Virus record (IMG/VR): IMGVR_UViG_3300029305_004606
Coordinates: 96,001-160,000 of that record
Source of the DNA: a virus
Taxonomy: Duplodnaviria; Caudoviricetes
DNA length: 64,000 bases
Reading direction: 5' to 3' (one strand)
This document shows, one piece after another, positions 17,593-27,137 of the stretch. Below the pieces are notes generated by a model that was given only the letters and a program-made list of their open reading frames with translations, did not search any database and was not told where the DNA came from. A program made the position numbers and the translations under genes. The number at the start of each line of letters is the position of its first letter. Position 1 is the first letter of the stretch.

Positions 17593-20500
17593 ATGGCTTA
17601 CGTCAAAAATAAGGCATTTACTGACCATCCTCTAATGGATGAGATTTGCTTTAATTGTAAACGTATTCTGAAAGGTATAGTTGTCAAGAACGATGTATTG
17701 GCTAATCAAAAAGAAACAGAAAAATCAATTGAAAATGCCGAAATGTATTCAGTATACAAACGATACGGAACTATTCCATTTGAAATGTTTCCATTTAATG
17801 AAGACATGTTATATACTTTTGGATATACAAAATATCAAGTTAGAGCAATTCTTCAAGACCGGAACGCTATTCCTAAAGAAGACAGAGAAAAACTTACAGA
17901 ATTTGCTAATCAGTATTTCTTAGATAATTATTTTGAAGCTGATGGTAGATTTAAAGAAGAAAATGATTATTACAGAATGCTTACCGGATTGCCTCCATAT
18001 GAAACTGGTGAGGAATATTATATCTATTTATCACAATCTGATATTCCTAATACTTATGGAAAGAAAGTAGATTTATCTCTTCCACTTCATATGCAGGATA
18101 AACACCTGATTAATGTTTTATATTCTAACGGTGTTATTGATACATTGAGAACTAGATATCGTGGTTCCAATTATTCATACATGCTATATCTTGGTGATAG
18201 AGCTATTGATTTATTCACTGCTAGAAAAGCTAGCAAATGGGATATATTATATATTCCAAACGTAGAAGATCTTGTTAAAGATAAATTTATAGAATTCTAT
18301 CGTGTAAATAGAGATATGTATGCAAACCGTTCTTATCAGGAATTTTATGCTGATACTGGAGAATATTATGATCAGATGATGATTGTCATTGTTCTGGCTC
18401 AAACTTTCAATGACTTAATTGTAGATACTCCTCAGTGGTATATTAGAAGAGATATATTCGATTTAAGATCTTGTCAATACTTCTTAGAATCTAATGGAGT
18501 TGAATTCTTTAAGATTATTCCTTTGAAGTATCAGATTAGAATTGTAAAAAATCTGAATAGATTGATTTCATACAAATCTTCTAATAAGAATGCTATGGAT
18601 ATTTTAGATATCTTTGATATTGATAATACTAAGATATTTAAATATTGGCTATATAAAAAGAAAATTGATAATGTCAATGTTTATGAAGATGATAAGACAT
18701 TTGAAAATGGAGATAATCCTGGAGAAACTGGAGAGAATGATCTCGATTATGATTTTGGATCATTAGAAGAAGGTAAAAGTAAAACTTCTGTTGTTGCAGA
18801 AGGAGATGATTGGGATTTTAATCTTCTTGCTACTTATTCTTTTGATGATATTAAAGGTGTTGAATTTGACGAAAATGATAGAGTTAATTTAGTTGACACT
18901 AAAGATACTGCTATTGGACAATATGAACTTGAATTTATTGCTTCCGAAATTAATGAATCATATGATGATTATATTAAGGAATCTAGGTATAGAACTCCTT
19001 ATGATGATATTACTCTTCAGGATAAATTCTGGGATGGTGATCTTGAACATGAATTTGTAAAGAGCGAGATCTTAAAACAGGATTTCACAATTGTTGGAAC
19101 AAAGTATATGTCACTTGAATATGAAGTAGACTTGGAAAAATTCCAATATCAGATGTCATACTTATTGGGACTGATTATAAATTCTAATCTTGATACTTCT
19201 GATTTGGTAATTGGAGTTCCATCTATTGATGAATTTGCTCACTTTACTATTTCAGATTTGTTCTTATTCTTAATTGCACTTACAAACAACTATAGTGTTA
19301 GAGACGGAAGAAGTGGTTCTGAGACTAGACTATTTGATTTGTGGCAAGGTGTTACTCCAGAGATTGATGAAAAGCTCTATGATTGGAAAAAGAAATATTT
19401 CCCTGAATTTTTCATTAAGAAAGATGGTAGAGTAAATGGATTCAATCCCGATGTTGATATAAATTCTTTAGTGAAGATTCTCGAAAGAAGACATTCTCAT
19501 TATAGATTTGGACACGGTGATACAGAAAATGCTATTCCTCTTGTAGGTGAAGAATATAAAGCTAGAGCTCATGAATGGATTAAAGAACTTGGTGTATTTG
19601 ATTATACTGCTCCTAATTATAAGCTCAAAAGTATCAACGATCTAATCAAAGTTTATCATAGTAATACAAAATGCTATGATATTTTAAAAGAAGCTTTAAA
19701 TAATGCTTCTGATCAGGATGATAAGAAATATATGGAATATATTTTCCAGGAATTGTACACAAGAGATTTTGATATCGATTATTACACAGATCCTGATACA
19801 GGAAGAACTTATGAAAACTTGGTAGATATTATTAAAGATCATAATTATATTCTGTATTCTACTTATCATAAGATTATGCAGGAAACAAATATTGAATCTC
19901 GTCAAGATACTATTAGAGCTGTAATGGATGACGTTATTAGTACTCTTCAATATTATTTATCTGCTGATGGAATGGATTTCTTATTTTCATTTACATCAAA
20001 TGAATCATTCTCATCTATTATCTATTATATTTACTTGATGATTAACTTCTTCAAGTCATATAAAGTATATTTCTTAGATCCATATATCACTTTTAGTTCT
20101 AGTAATAAAAATGAAAACAATGCTAAAGCTATTGATAGAGTTGAAGAATGGAAATATGAATATACTAAATGGGATAGAGCTTTTGTATCAGATGCAATTA
20201 CAGGTATCAGTGTACAGCTTTATATGCCAGATAAATCTATTATAGAATTAACATCTGGTGATGAAGTTGATATTTATGCTCATCATGAACCTAATTTATT
20301 TATGGATTATGATTATGATGGATATACTGAAGATGAATCTATATCAAGAGAAGATGTCAATGGTGGAACTGCTGACGAAACAAAGATTGCTCCGTATATA
20401 ATGATTAACGGTGGTAAGTCTTATCAGAAAAATATAGATCTTTCCAATATTGATGGTGGAGAAGCTAATCAATATGATAGAGATTATTGCGATATTGATG

Positions 20501-21024
20501 GTGGAGAAGCTCTGCATAAAGATGATATCAAAACAGATATGTTTGGTAGTCAGAAATTCAATTATATGATTGATGGTGGATGTGCAGATGGAAGAAGATT
20601 CATCAATAATTTAATAGATTTATATCTGGTTGGGACTCAGTTATTTGGAGATGTTATTATTTCTCCAAGAACTAGATTTATCGAAATTAAAGAAGATGGT
20701 TTATATGTAAACCCTGATAATTTTGCAAGTCCTGCACAGTTTATTAATCTAATAAATACTGTTAACTATTTGGTCGATGAGATTTTGGTAAAAGGTTCTG
20801 AAATTGCAGAGGACCTTAAAGTTATGACAAACATGACTCTGTTTGAAGCTAGAGTAAAGAAATGTGTTAACGAAATTACATATGATATGGAATATGTAAT
20901 TAATAATGTTTTGAATAGCGATAATTACCTTAATGGAATAAAGACTATAATAGATGATATTAATGCAGCTTTGGTTGCAGAATATAAGACAGTAATTAAT
21001 CCTTATGCATGGAAAGAACTTTAG
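17593..21024 (+). CDS. Large virion structural protein, probably baseplate, with C-terminal (D/N)GG repeats
   Basis: AGGAGGTG RBS before ATG 17593; late promoter; repeated INGG/IDGG motifs as in tail/baseplate proteins. Confidence 0.6.
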   Translation: MAYVKNKAFTDHPLMDEICFNCKRILKGIVVKNDVLANQKETEKSIENAEMYSVYKRYGTIPFEMFPFNEDMLYTFGYTKYQVRAILQDRNAIPKEDREKLTEFANQYFLDNYFEADGRFKEENDYYRMLTGLPPYETGEEYYIYLSQSDIPNTYGKKVDLSLPLHMQDKHLINVLYSNGVIDTLRTRYRGSNYSYMLYLGDRAIDLFTARKASKWDILYIPNVEDLVKDKFIEFYRVNRDMYANRSYQEFYADTGEYYDQMMIVIVLAQTFNDLIVDTPQWYIRRDIFDLRSCQYFLESNGVEFFKIIPLKYQIRIVKNLNRLISYKSSNKNAMDILDIFDIDNTKIFKYWLYKKKIDNVNVYEDDKTFENGDNPGETGENDLDYDFGSLEEGKSKTSVVAEGDDWDFNLLATYSFDDIKGVEFDENDRVNLVDTKDTAIGQYELEFIASEINESYDDYIKESRYRTPYDDITLQDKFWDGDLEHEFVKSEILKQDFTIVGTKYMSLEYEVDLEKFQYQMSYLLGLIINSNLDTSDLVIGVPSIDEFAHFTISDLFLFLIALTNNYSVRDGRSGSETRLFDLWQGVTPEIDEKLYDWKKKYFPEFFIKKDGRVNGFNPDVDINSLVKILERRHSHYRFGHGDTENAIPLVGEEYKARAHEWIKELGVFDYTAPNYKLKSINDLIKVYHSNTKCYDILKEALNNASDQDDKKYMEYIFQELYTRDFDIDYYTDPDTGRTYENLVDIIKDHNYILYSTYHKIMQETNIESRQDTIRAVMDDVISTLQYYLSADGMDFLFSFTSNESFSSIIYYIYLMINFFKSYKVYFLDPYITFSSSNKNENNAKAIDRVEEWKYEYTKWDRAFVSDAITGISVQLYMPDKSIIELTSGDEVDIYAHHEPNLFMDYDYDGYTEDESISREDVNGGTADETKIAPYIMINGGKSYQKNIDLSNIDGGEANQYDRDYCDIDGGEALHKDDIKTDMFGSQKFNYMIDGGCADGRRFINNLIDLYLVGTQLFGDVIISPRTRFIEIKEDGLYVNPDNFASPAQFINLINTVNYLVDEILVKGSEIAEDLKVMTNMTLFEARVKKCVNEITYDMEYVINNVLNSDNYLNGIKTIIDDINAALVAEYKTVINPYAWKEL

Positions 21025-21042
21025 AATGGAGGAAATATTAAA

Positions 21043-21918
21043 ATGGTTAAAACAATCATGGCTTCAGAAGATGCTCGTGTTAAAAGAGAAGAATCCAGTT
21101 TAACTATTGAAGATAGACTTAAGGCTGGTCCTAAGAGAACAAAAGTAACTTTAATCAATCATGATACTGGTGAAACATTAGGTGTATATGAAAATAAGTT
21201 GACTATTTCTGGTTCTCAGTATAATGCTATGAGAGCATTTGGTCTTCAGGTAGCTGGTGTAGAATTTCCTAGCTACAATGATGAAATGAAATTAGATAAT
21301 ACAACTACAGCTGCACCTAAGAATGAGAAAATTGTATGTCTCTTCTGTGTATCTGATACTGGTTGTGGATCTACTCCTAAAGATGTAAAGGTTGCTTCTT
21401 ATACAGATAGAATCAATCCTGCACCTGAAAATCCTGCAAATGTGAGAGAATTTGATAGTAGCATGATTATGCCTTTCAGATTTGTAGATAAAAATAAAGA
21501 TCTTAATGATGATCTTAGAAAGTATTATTTTGGTCGTAAGACTTTTAATATTCTTAATAAGATTGGTTATTACTTTAAGACTTTCGATACAGAACCTCAG
21601 CTTTATGTAAGATATGCTGATGGTACTCCTATTACTCCGGAAATGTATAATGTACATTCTGAACAAACAGCTGAATGTTTCATTCAGACAAGATTGAGAA
21701 TTACAACTCTCGATTTTAGAGATTATTTTGAGCAGGTTCTTGGATGGGATAAGGCTAGAATTAGTTCTCTTTCTTTATGTTATGCTTGGCATGATGATAC
21801 TATTGATAAGTATAGATATTATCAGGACATTACTCCTTATTCTATCTTATATTTCTCTTATCAGTGGTTGGTAGATGCTAATGTAGCAATTGATGTACTT
21901 TACGACATTTACTATTAA
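21043..21918 (+). CDS. Probable virion structural (baseplate/tail) protein
   Basis: Co-transcribed with the preceding structural gene; GGAGG RBS; call rests on context. Confidence 0.5.
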   Translation: MVKTIMASEDARVKREESSLTIEDRLKAGPKRTKVTLINHDTGETLGVYENKLTISGSQYNAMRAFGLQVAGVEFPSYNDEMKLDNTTTAAPKNEKIVCLFCVSDTGCGSTPKDVKVASYTDRINPAPENPANVREFDSSMIMPFRFVDKNKDLNDDLRKYYFGRKTFNILNKIGYYFKTFDTEPQLYVRYADGTPITPEMYNVHSEQTAECFIQTRLRITTLDFRDYFEQVLGWDKARISSLSLCYAWHDDTIDKYRYYQDITPYSILYFSYQWLVDANVAIDVLYDIYY

Positions 21919-21923
21919 AATAT

Positions 21924-21960
21924 AGAGACCGAGGTTGTTCTATAACCTCGGTCTTTAATT
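21924..21960 (+). terminator. Stem-loop / weak terminator
   Basis: AGACCGAGGTT/AACCTCGGTCT stem followed by TTAATT. Confidence 0.55.
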
Positions 21961-21984
21961 ATACAAAGAAGGGAGCTATATAGT

Positions 21985-23295
21985 ATGGCTAGAGTATCTA
22001 AAAACTGGGGTTCGCCTAGTCCTAATTATAAAGATATTGGATTTGATCCTAAAAATCTTAACTCTAAAACTCTCGTAGATATGATGTGTAATTTGAAACA
22101 GGAACATATTACTTCATCTTTAGTAATGAAATTATTTGGTTCATTTAAAGGAAAGAAGTTATGTAATCATTATGATACTTTTACAGTACCTGTTGGGTGT
22201 TATTCTTTTGAGAACGATAAAGGTAAAGTTGTATCTAACAAAACACCTTTTGTTACTACATTTGGCATCTGGATTTTTAATATTTTTATGATTTCAGGTT
22301 TAGGTATGGCAAAAATTGTTGGTGGATATATTAACGAAAACCTTACAAAAAAGAGTTTTAATAAAATTCATCAGCAAATTCTCAATGCTTTGATTGAAGA
22401 TAAGATTGATGTTGTTTCATATAAGAAATTTATTACTAATATCGATTTTATTATGCCTTGGGAAACTTTCTTATCTCCTGCACAATCAGAAAAACTTTTA
22501 TCTTGTACAAAAGAAATTGGTAAAATGAAAGCCAGATTAATTAAAGAAAATAAGGCTGCAGTTGATGCCGGTGATCCTGTTGTTGTAGAACAAATTGAAA
22601 AAAAGTTGTTAGATTTTGCTCTTGAATATCTTAAAGATGATCCTGCATTAGATGGATATCTTTCTGGTGCTGGTGGATCAATTGGCAATAACTTCAAAAA
22701 CATGTATGTTATGAAAGGTGTAGTTAGAGATCCCGATCCCAATACATCAAAAGAATATAATTGTGCTGTATCATCTTTCATTGATGGTATTGCTCCTGAA
22801 GAATATTCTTTATTGGCAAATTCATTGTCAGGCGGTCCTTATTCTCGTGCTAAGAAGACCGAATTAGGCGGATATTGGGAAAAGCTTATTGAAGCTGCAG
22901 AAAACACAGTAGTATTGGCTGGTAAAGGTACAGACTGTAAATCAGATAAGTATATTGAAACAGTTTTAACTGATGATTTGGTAGGTTCTTTCATGTACAG
23001 TTATGTCTTAAAAAGCGATGGTAATTTGGAAGAATTAAATTCTGAAACTATAGACAAATATAGAAATAAGAAAATTAAAGCAAGATCTACTTTATTCTGT
23101 AAAGAATATGCTAAGACTGGACATGTATGTAACATGTGTGCAGGAAACTTCTTTTATAGAAGAGGAAGTGAAAATATTGGACTTGCATGTTCTCAAATTA
23201 GTACCAAGTTAAAGCTTGTTTCAATGAAGGCTTTCCATGATTCTACTGTTAATACTACAGAAATGGATGTAATGAAAGCTTTTGGATTAAAGTAA
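21985..23295 (+). CDS. rpoC: Multisubunit RNA polymerase beta'-like subunit, split fragment (F-loop, bridge helix, Zn site, trigger-loop start)
   Basis: SGAGGS, SSFIDGIAPEEY, KKTELGGYWEK (bridge helix), DC..RSTLFC..VCNMCAG (Zn), NIGLA..SMKAFH (cf. TMRTFH); no DxDGD motif in this piece. Confidence 0.88.
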   Translation: MARVSKNWGSPSPNYKDIGFDPKNLNSKTLVDMMCNLKQEHITSSLVMKLFGSFKGKKLCNHYDTFTVPVGCYSFENDKGKVVSNKTPFVTTFGIWIFNIFMISGLGMAKIVGGYINENLTKKSFNKIHQQILNALIEDKIDVVSYKKFITNIDFIMPWETFLSPAQSEKLLSCTKEIGKMKARLIKENKAAVDAGDPVVVEQIEKKLLDFALEYLKDDPALDGYLSGAGGSIGNNFKNMYVMKGVVRDPDPNTSKEYNCAVSSFIDGIAPEEYSLLANSLSGGPYSRAKKTELGGYWEKLIEAAENTVVLAGKGTDCKSDKYIETVLTDDLVGSFMYSYVLKSDGNLEELNSETIDKYRNKKIKARSTLFCKEYAKTGHVCNMCAGNFFYRRGSENIGLACSQISTKLKLVSMKAFHDSTVNTTEMDVMKAFGLK

Positions 23296-23300
23296 ATAAT

Positions 23301-23331
23301 ATGCTAGTAGACTGGTAATGTCTACTAGCAT
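23301..23331. other. Intergenic stem-loop
   Basis: ATGCTAGTAGAC/GTCTACTAGCAT 12-bp inverted repeat. Confidence 0.6.
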
Positions 23332-23362
23332 AAAATATAAAAATTATAATAGAGGTGAAATT

Positions 23363-23659
23363 ATGACAAAAAATGATGTAGAAAAATTGTTTGTAAAAGT
23401 GTGCACTAATAGATCGCCAGCTGTTGATTTTAAAAACGGTAAAAGAGTTCCTTTTTTATATAGAAGAAATGATTTAACCGAATTTGCTAAACAAGCATTT
23501 GAAGAGGGTAAGAATTATATATACACAGAACCTGTTAATCCTAATAATCCGTACGGTACTCAAAGAAGATGTGAACCAAAATATGTATATAAATTAAGGG
23601 ATAATTTGTCAGAAGAACAATATAAAGAACTTATTGAATCTATAAAAAATAATTGTTAA
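23363..23659 (+). CDS. Hypothetical protein
   Basis: AGAGGTG precedes ATG 23363 within ORF 23318-23659. Confidence 0.65.
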   Translation: MTKNDVEKLFVKVCTNRSPAVDFKNGKRVPFLYRRNDLTEFAKQAFEEGKNYIYTEPVNPNNPYGTQRRCEPKYVYKLRDNLSEEQYKELIESIKNNC

Positions 23660-23673
23660 GCTTTCATATTTCA

Positions 23674-23686
23674 ATTATATATTATA
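23674..23686 (+). promoter_or_regulatory. Early-type promoter (ATTATATATTATA)
   Basis: Exact motif; followed by an ORF-less region and a terminator. Confidence 0.65.
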
Positions 23687-23689
23687 ATA

Positions 23690-23848
23690 CTGATACATAA
23701 GAGATTCTTTTGATTTACATATGATTTTATTCATAAATACATAGGATATTATATAATATCAAAATCTAGTTAATTGTTTTAAATAAACTTATATAAAACA
23801 CTAGATAGGTCCTGGGCGAAAGCCCAGGACTACTTTATTTATTTTTTG
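23690..23848 (+). ncRNA. Candidate early small RNA
   Basis: Early promoter, no RBS or ORF, ATCTAG..TGTTTT/AAAACA-CTAGAT hairpin, GAAA-tetraloop terminator. Confidence 0.4.
23809..23848 (+). terminator. Intrinsic terminator with GAAA tetraloop
   Basis: GTCCTGGGC-GAAA-GCCCAGGAC followed by a T-rich tract. Confidence 0.85.
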
Positions 23849-23853
23849 TTTCA

Positions 23854-23866
23854 ATTATATATTATA
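23854..23866 (+). promoter_or_regulatory. Early-type promoter (ATTATATATTATA)
   Basis: Exact motif upstream of the 23911 gene. Confidence 0.7.
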
Positions 23867-23910
23867 TTTTTGATATAAAACAAATGATACTTTTTATGGA
23901 GGTATAATCT

Positions 23911-25212
23911 ATGGATTACACAAGAGAACAATTGATCAGTATGTTACCTAGATTTGATAGGTATAACAGAGAGAAACAAACAAAAAATATAGTTGATCTT
24001 TTATCTGATAAAAATTTGTTAGATCTATATGAATTAGATAAATTAGATACTACAAGTGGTAGACGATTTTATAAGAATTATCTTTCTCATGCTAAGAAAC
24101 AATATTCTTGTTATATGAAAGATGATATTTGGTCTGGAGAAATTGATGAAAATAAAATGAGAGAAATCTTTGAAACTTATTATGTTTCTGTATTAAAAGA
24201 TTTTATCAAAATGAGACCTACATATATCTATGGTAGAGAAACAGAAGGAACACATCAGGTATTCCAAGATAGAAAAATGTATGATGATATTCTTGAATAT
24301 ATACAGAATTTATATATGAAATTTTTATCAAAAGAAAATAAAATTTGGTATATATTTATTTGTAATAATGATCCAAAGGGATTAGCTGCATGTTTCCTCA
24401 ATAAATACGGCGATGTAAAAATGGAATTATTTGATAATATGATGAATAAGATCAAAGAAGATTTAAGGTATATTAATACTATTCCTTTTATTGCAAAATG
24501 TCCAGTTAGTATATATCGTCAAGAAAATAGATTTAGAGAAGAATATTCTAGATATATAAGAGAAACAGGATTAAGAGAAATGTATGCAGAAATCAATAAA
24601 ACTAAAAATAAACAGATAAAATCTACAGATGCTATAAAAGTAATTGAAGAATTTGTTAATTCTGAAGAATATGATGCTGTAAAATATTTCTATAATGATA
24701 AATATCCTGATAGAAATTACCATAATGATGTGGAACTTGTAAAAGAGTTTGATCCTGATTTGCATGTAAGATATATAGAAAAGACTGATACTACTCATAG
24801 AACTAGATATGCTATTTTATCAGCAACAGGAAGAAAGCTTAAGGATGCTATTATTAAATCCAAATATAAATTATCATTATTAGAATTCTTTAATATTTAT
24901 AATCCTGGTACTATTGCTAATTTTTTAAATTATAAAAATAATGTAATCAAGAATCTACAACCAGATGTGTATAATGTTCTTAATTCATATCTTCGTAAAC
25001 TTAGTTTTAGACAAATCGAAATAAAAGAAATTATGGAGATGAAAGTTATTATTAATGGTAGAGAATTAGCTAATGAAGAAAAAGAAATGATACTCAAGTA
25101 TATCAAAGATAACAAATTACCTTTCATGTTTAGACTTTATAATGAAATTTATAGAGAATATATAAAAGGTAATCTTGATCTTAATAAACCATTTAAGGAG
25201 GATACTTTATAA
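23911..25212 (+). CDS. Hypothetical early protein
   Basis: 433-aa ORF, GGAGGT RBS. Confidence 0.8.
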   Translation: MDYTREQLISMLPRFDRYNREKQTKNIVDLLSDKNLLDLYELDKLDTTSGRRFYKNYLSHAKKQYSCYMKDDIWSGEIDENKMREIFETYYVSVLKDFIKMRPTYIYGRETEGTHQVFQDRKMYDDILEYIQNLYMKFLSKENKIWYIFICNNDPKGLAACFLNKYGDVKMELFDNMMNKIKEDLRYINTIPFIAKCPVSIYRQENRFREEYSRYIRETGLREMYAEINKTKNKQIKSTDAIKVIEEFVNSEEYDAVKYFYNDKYPDRNYHNDVELVKEFDPDLHVRYIEKTDTTHRTRYAILSATGRKLKDAIIKSKYKLSLLEFFNIYNPGTIANFLNYKNNVIKNLQPDVYNVLNSYLRKLSFRQIEIKEIMEMKVIINGRELANEEKEMILKYIKDNKLPFMFRLYNEIYREYIKGNLDLNKPFKEDTL

Positions 25213-25472
25213 TGACTATGGTAAAAACAGAAATTCATGGAGCAATTGTAGACAAATTTGTTATCAGACCTATCAATGGTCCTAGTGATTCTATTGTTAT
25301 GGAATCAATTGGTGATAAGAAAGAACCTGCAGTTTTTAATACTGAAGAGGATGTACAAAAGTATTTAGATTTTATGGATATTGACCAGGAAGAAAGAGCT
25401 AATATAAAGATAGATTGTACTAATATTAGTTATTTCAATAACGGTGGTATTTTGGTAGAATTTGAAGAGTAA
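25212..25472 (+). CDS. Small hypothetical protein
   Basis: AAGGAGG RBS, TAATG stop/start coupling. Confidence 0.75.
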   Translation: MTMVKTEIHGAIVDKFVIRPINGPSDSIVMESIGDKKEPAVFNTEEDVQKYLDFMDIDQEERANIKIDCTNISYFNNGGILVEFEE

Positions 25473-25500
25473 GTTTCAATCTACCTTGATACATAAATAT

Positions 25501-25660
25501 AACGGTGGATAGTACTCATGAAAATTTGTGCTAAGGCTCCCCGGCTGATGTATACAAATTCCATTGACAAAAATTAAATAAAATACCATAATAGTGCAAA
25601 CAGTTTTAGCAGAGTGATTTCCACCGTTGTCACTCTGCTAGAGCTAATATTTTATTTTTT
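25501..25660 (+). ncRNA. Candidate structured small RNA
   Basis: TACA-N6-TAAC promoter at 25490-25503; 5' AACGGTGGA complementary to TCCACCGTT in the loop of the 3' terminator hairpin (25607-25640); internal AATTTGTG/TACAAATT hairpin with CTCCCC loop. Confidence 0.55.
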
Positions 25661-25692
25661 ATAAAAACATTGCTTATAAAGTTTTACATTTA

Positions 25693-25730
25693 CTAGTAGA
25701 CTTTATCGTCTACTAGAGTTTTTATTTTGT
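25693..25730 (+). terminator. Intrinsic terminator
   Basis: CTAGTAGAC/GTCTACTAG stem followed by a T-tract. Confidence 0.65.
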
Positions 25731-25751
25731 TTTATATATAGCGATTTTTCG

Positions 25752-25765
25752 AACTTTATATTAAT
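25752..25765 (+). promoter_or_regulatory. Late-type promoter (AACT-TTATAT-TAAT)
   Basis: Motif upstream of the metalloprotease gene. Confidence 0.6.
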
Positions 25766-25803
25766 ATCAGTGACTAATTTAATTAGTCGGAAGGAGAGTA
25801 ATT

Positions 25804-27123
25804 ATGTCTATTTTATATGTAGAAGATTTGATTGCTTCTCGTCGAAATGATATTGTTATGAATGAAGCTTACGTTGGTAAGTCTCAGACACTGTTGGATA
25901 TAGAAAGAGAATTTAATAAGATGCGTTCTGAAAAATTAGATTTCTATTCTAATATAAGTCAGCATCCTAGCATTATCAGAATTAATCGACTTTTTGAGAA
26001 GCAATTCGGAATGTATCTTTTTGCTTTAAAGATTGATCCTACAAAAGAGCATAATGCATATACAATGGTTATTGCTAATAACTTTGATATTGCTCACTAT
26101 ACAGATCTTCCTAGTTTAGTATCAGGAACTATGTCTGAAGGTTTTCGTTGGAAAGAAGATAATGGTCTTTGTATTATTATCAATATATCTTATGGTATGC
26201 TTATTGATGAAAATCTTACAGACTCTGAATTGGTAGCTATCATATTACATGAAATTGGTCATAATTTTGCAGATGCTTTATATGGAGAAATTAATATTGC
26301 TAATAAGAAACAGATGATAGAATATGAGAAATATCTTTCTAGTTATGCTACAGTAATAGGTTTCTTACTTGCACTACCTTACTATATTAAAGCTAAACAG
26401 CTCTTAAAAGAATATAATAATAGTACAAGAGTAGAAAGAGAATCAAAACCTAAAAAGACTTCTAAATTAAGAGGTATTTTAACAGGTCTTGGTGCTAAAT
26501 GGAAAGATTATCAGTCATATAAAGCTGAAATAAGAGCAAGAAAACGTGGCGGAAAAGTTTACAGAGATGCTAAACGTAGAGCTGGAGAAGTGGCTAAAAA
26601 AGCTGCTAGAGAAGGATTAGAAAGACAAAATGAAGTTATTGCAGATAAATTTGCAGGTATATATGGATATGCTGTAGAGATTTCTTCTGCATTATCAAAA
26701 CTTACTTATCATAAATCAGAAGCTGCTAAGAAATTGGAAGCAGCTGGTGGTAGAGTAGCTGATGCTAGTAGAGACTTTGATGATGCTGTTAAAGATATTT
26801 GTGATTACGATTGTCATCCTCATCTTATACAGAGAATTAATGAAGAAATTAAGTTACTTGAAAGGGAAGTAGCTAAAGATGATATTGATCCTCGTTTCAA
26901 GGTTATTATGTATGATCAGTTAGATCAATTAAGAAGTTTATTAGCAAAGATTACTAAGACATCAAAATTATTGTCTAAGGATGAAAATGCTAAAAATGCT
27001 TATCATGATTACGTTAACAAAAATTGTCCTACTGCAGTATCAGATGAGATTGAAGATAAAATCGAACAATCTCTTGATAGATTATTTGAAGAGGATAAAA
27101 AGAAGACAAAGAAATTAAAATAA
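25804..27123 (+). CDS. Zinc metalloprotease (HEXXH, M48-like), probably virion-associated
   Basis: LVAIILHEIGH, EVIADKFA..YGY..SSALSKL and HP...RI motifs; late promoter. Confidence 0.8.
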   Translation: MSILYVEDLIASRRNDIVMNEAYVGKSQTLLDIEREFNKMRSEKLDFYSNISQHPSIIRINRLFEKQFGMYLFALKIDPTKEHNAYTMVIANNFDIAHYTDLPSLVSGTMSEGFRWKEDNGLCIIINISYGMLIDENLTDSELVAIILHEIGHNFADALYGEINIANKKQMIEYEKYLSSYATVIGFLLALPYYIKAKQLLKEYNNSTRVERESKPKKTSKLRGILTGLGAKWKDYQSYKAEIRARKRGGKVYRDAKRRAGEVAKKAAREGLERQNEVIADKFAGIYGYAVEISSALSKLTYHKSEAAKKLEAAGGRVADASRDFDDAVKDICDYDCHPHLIQRINEEIKLLEREVAKDDIDPRFKVIMYDQLDQLRSLLAKITKTSKLLSKDENAKNAYHDYVNKNCPTAVSDEIEDKIEQSLDRLFEEDKKKTKKLK

Positions 27124-27137
27124 ATGGAGGTATTCTC

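Noticed and set aside
25541-25560. CTGATG as a hammerhead ribozyme core
   Set aside because: Reads CTGATGT rather than CTGANGA, with no correctly placed GAAA or stems
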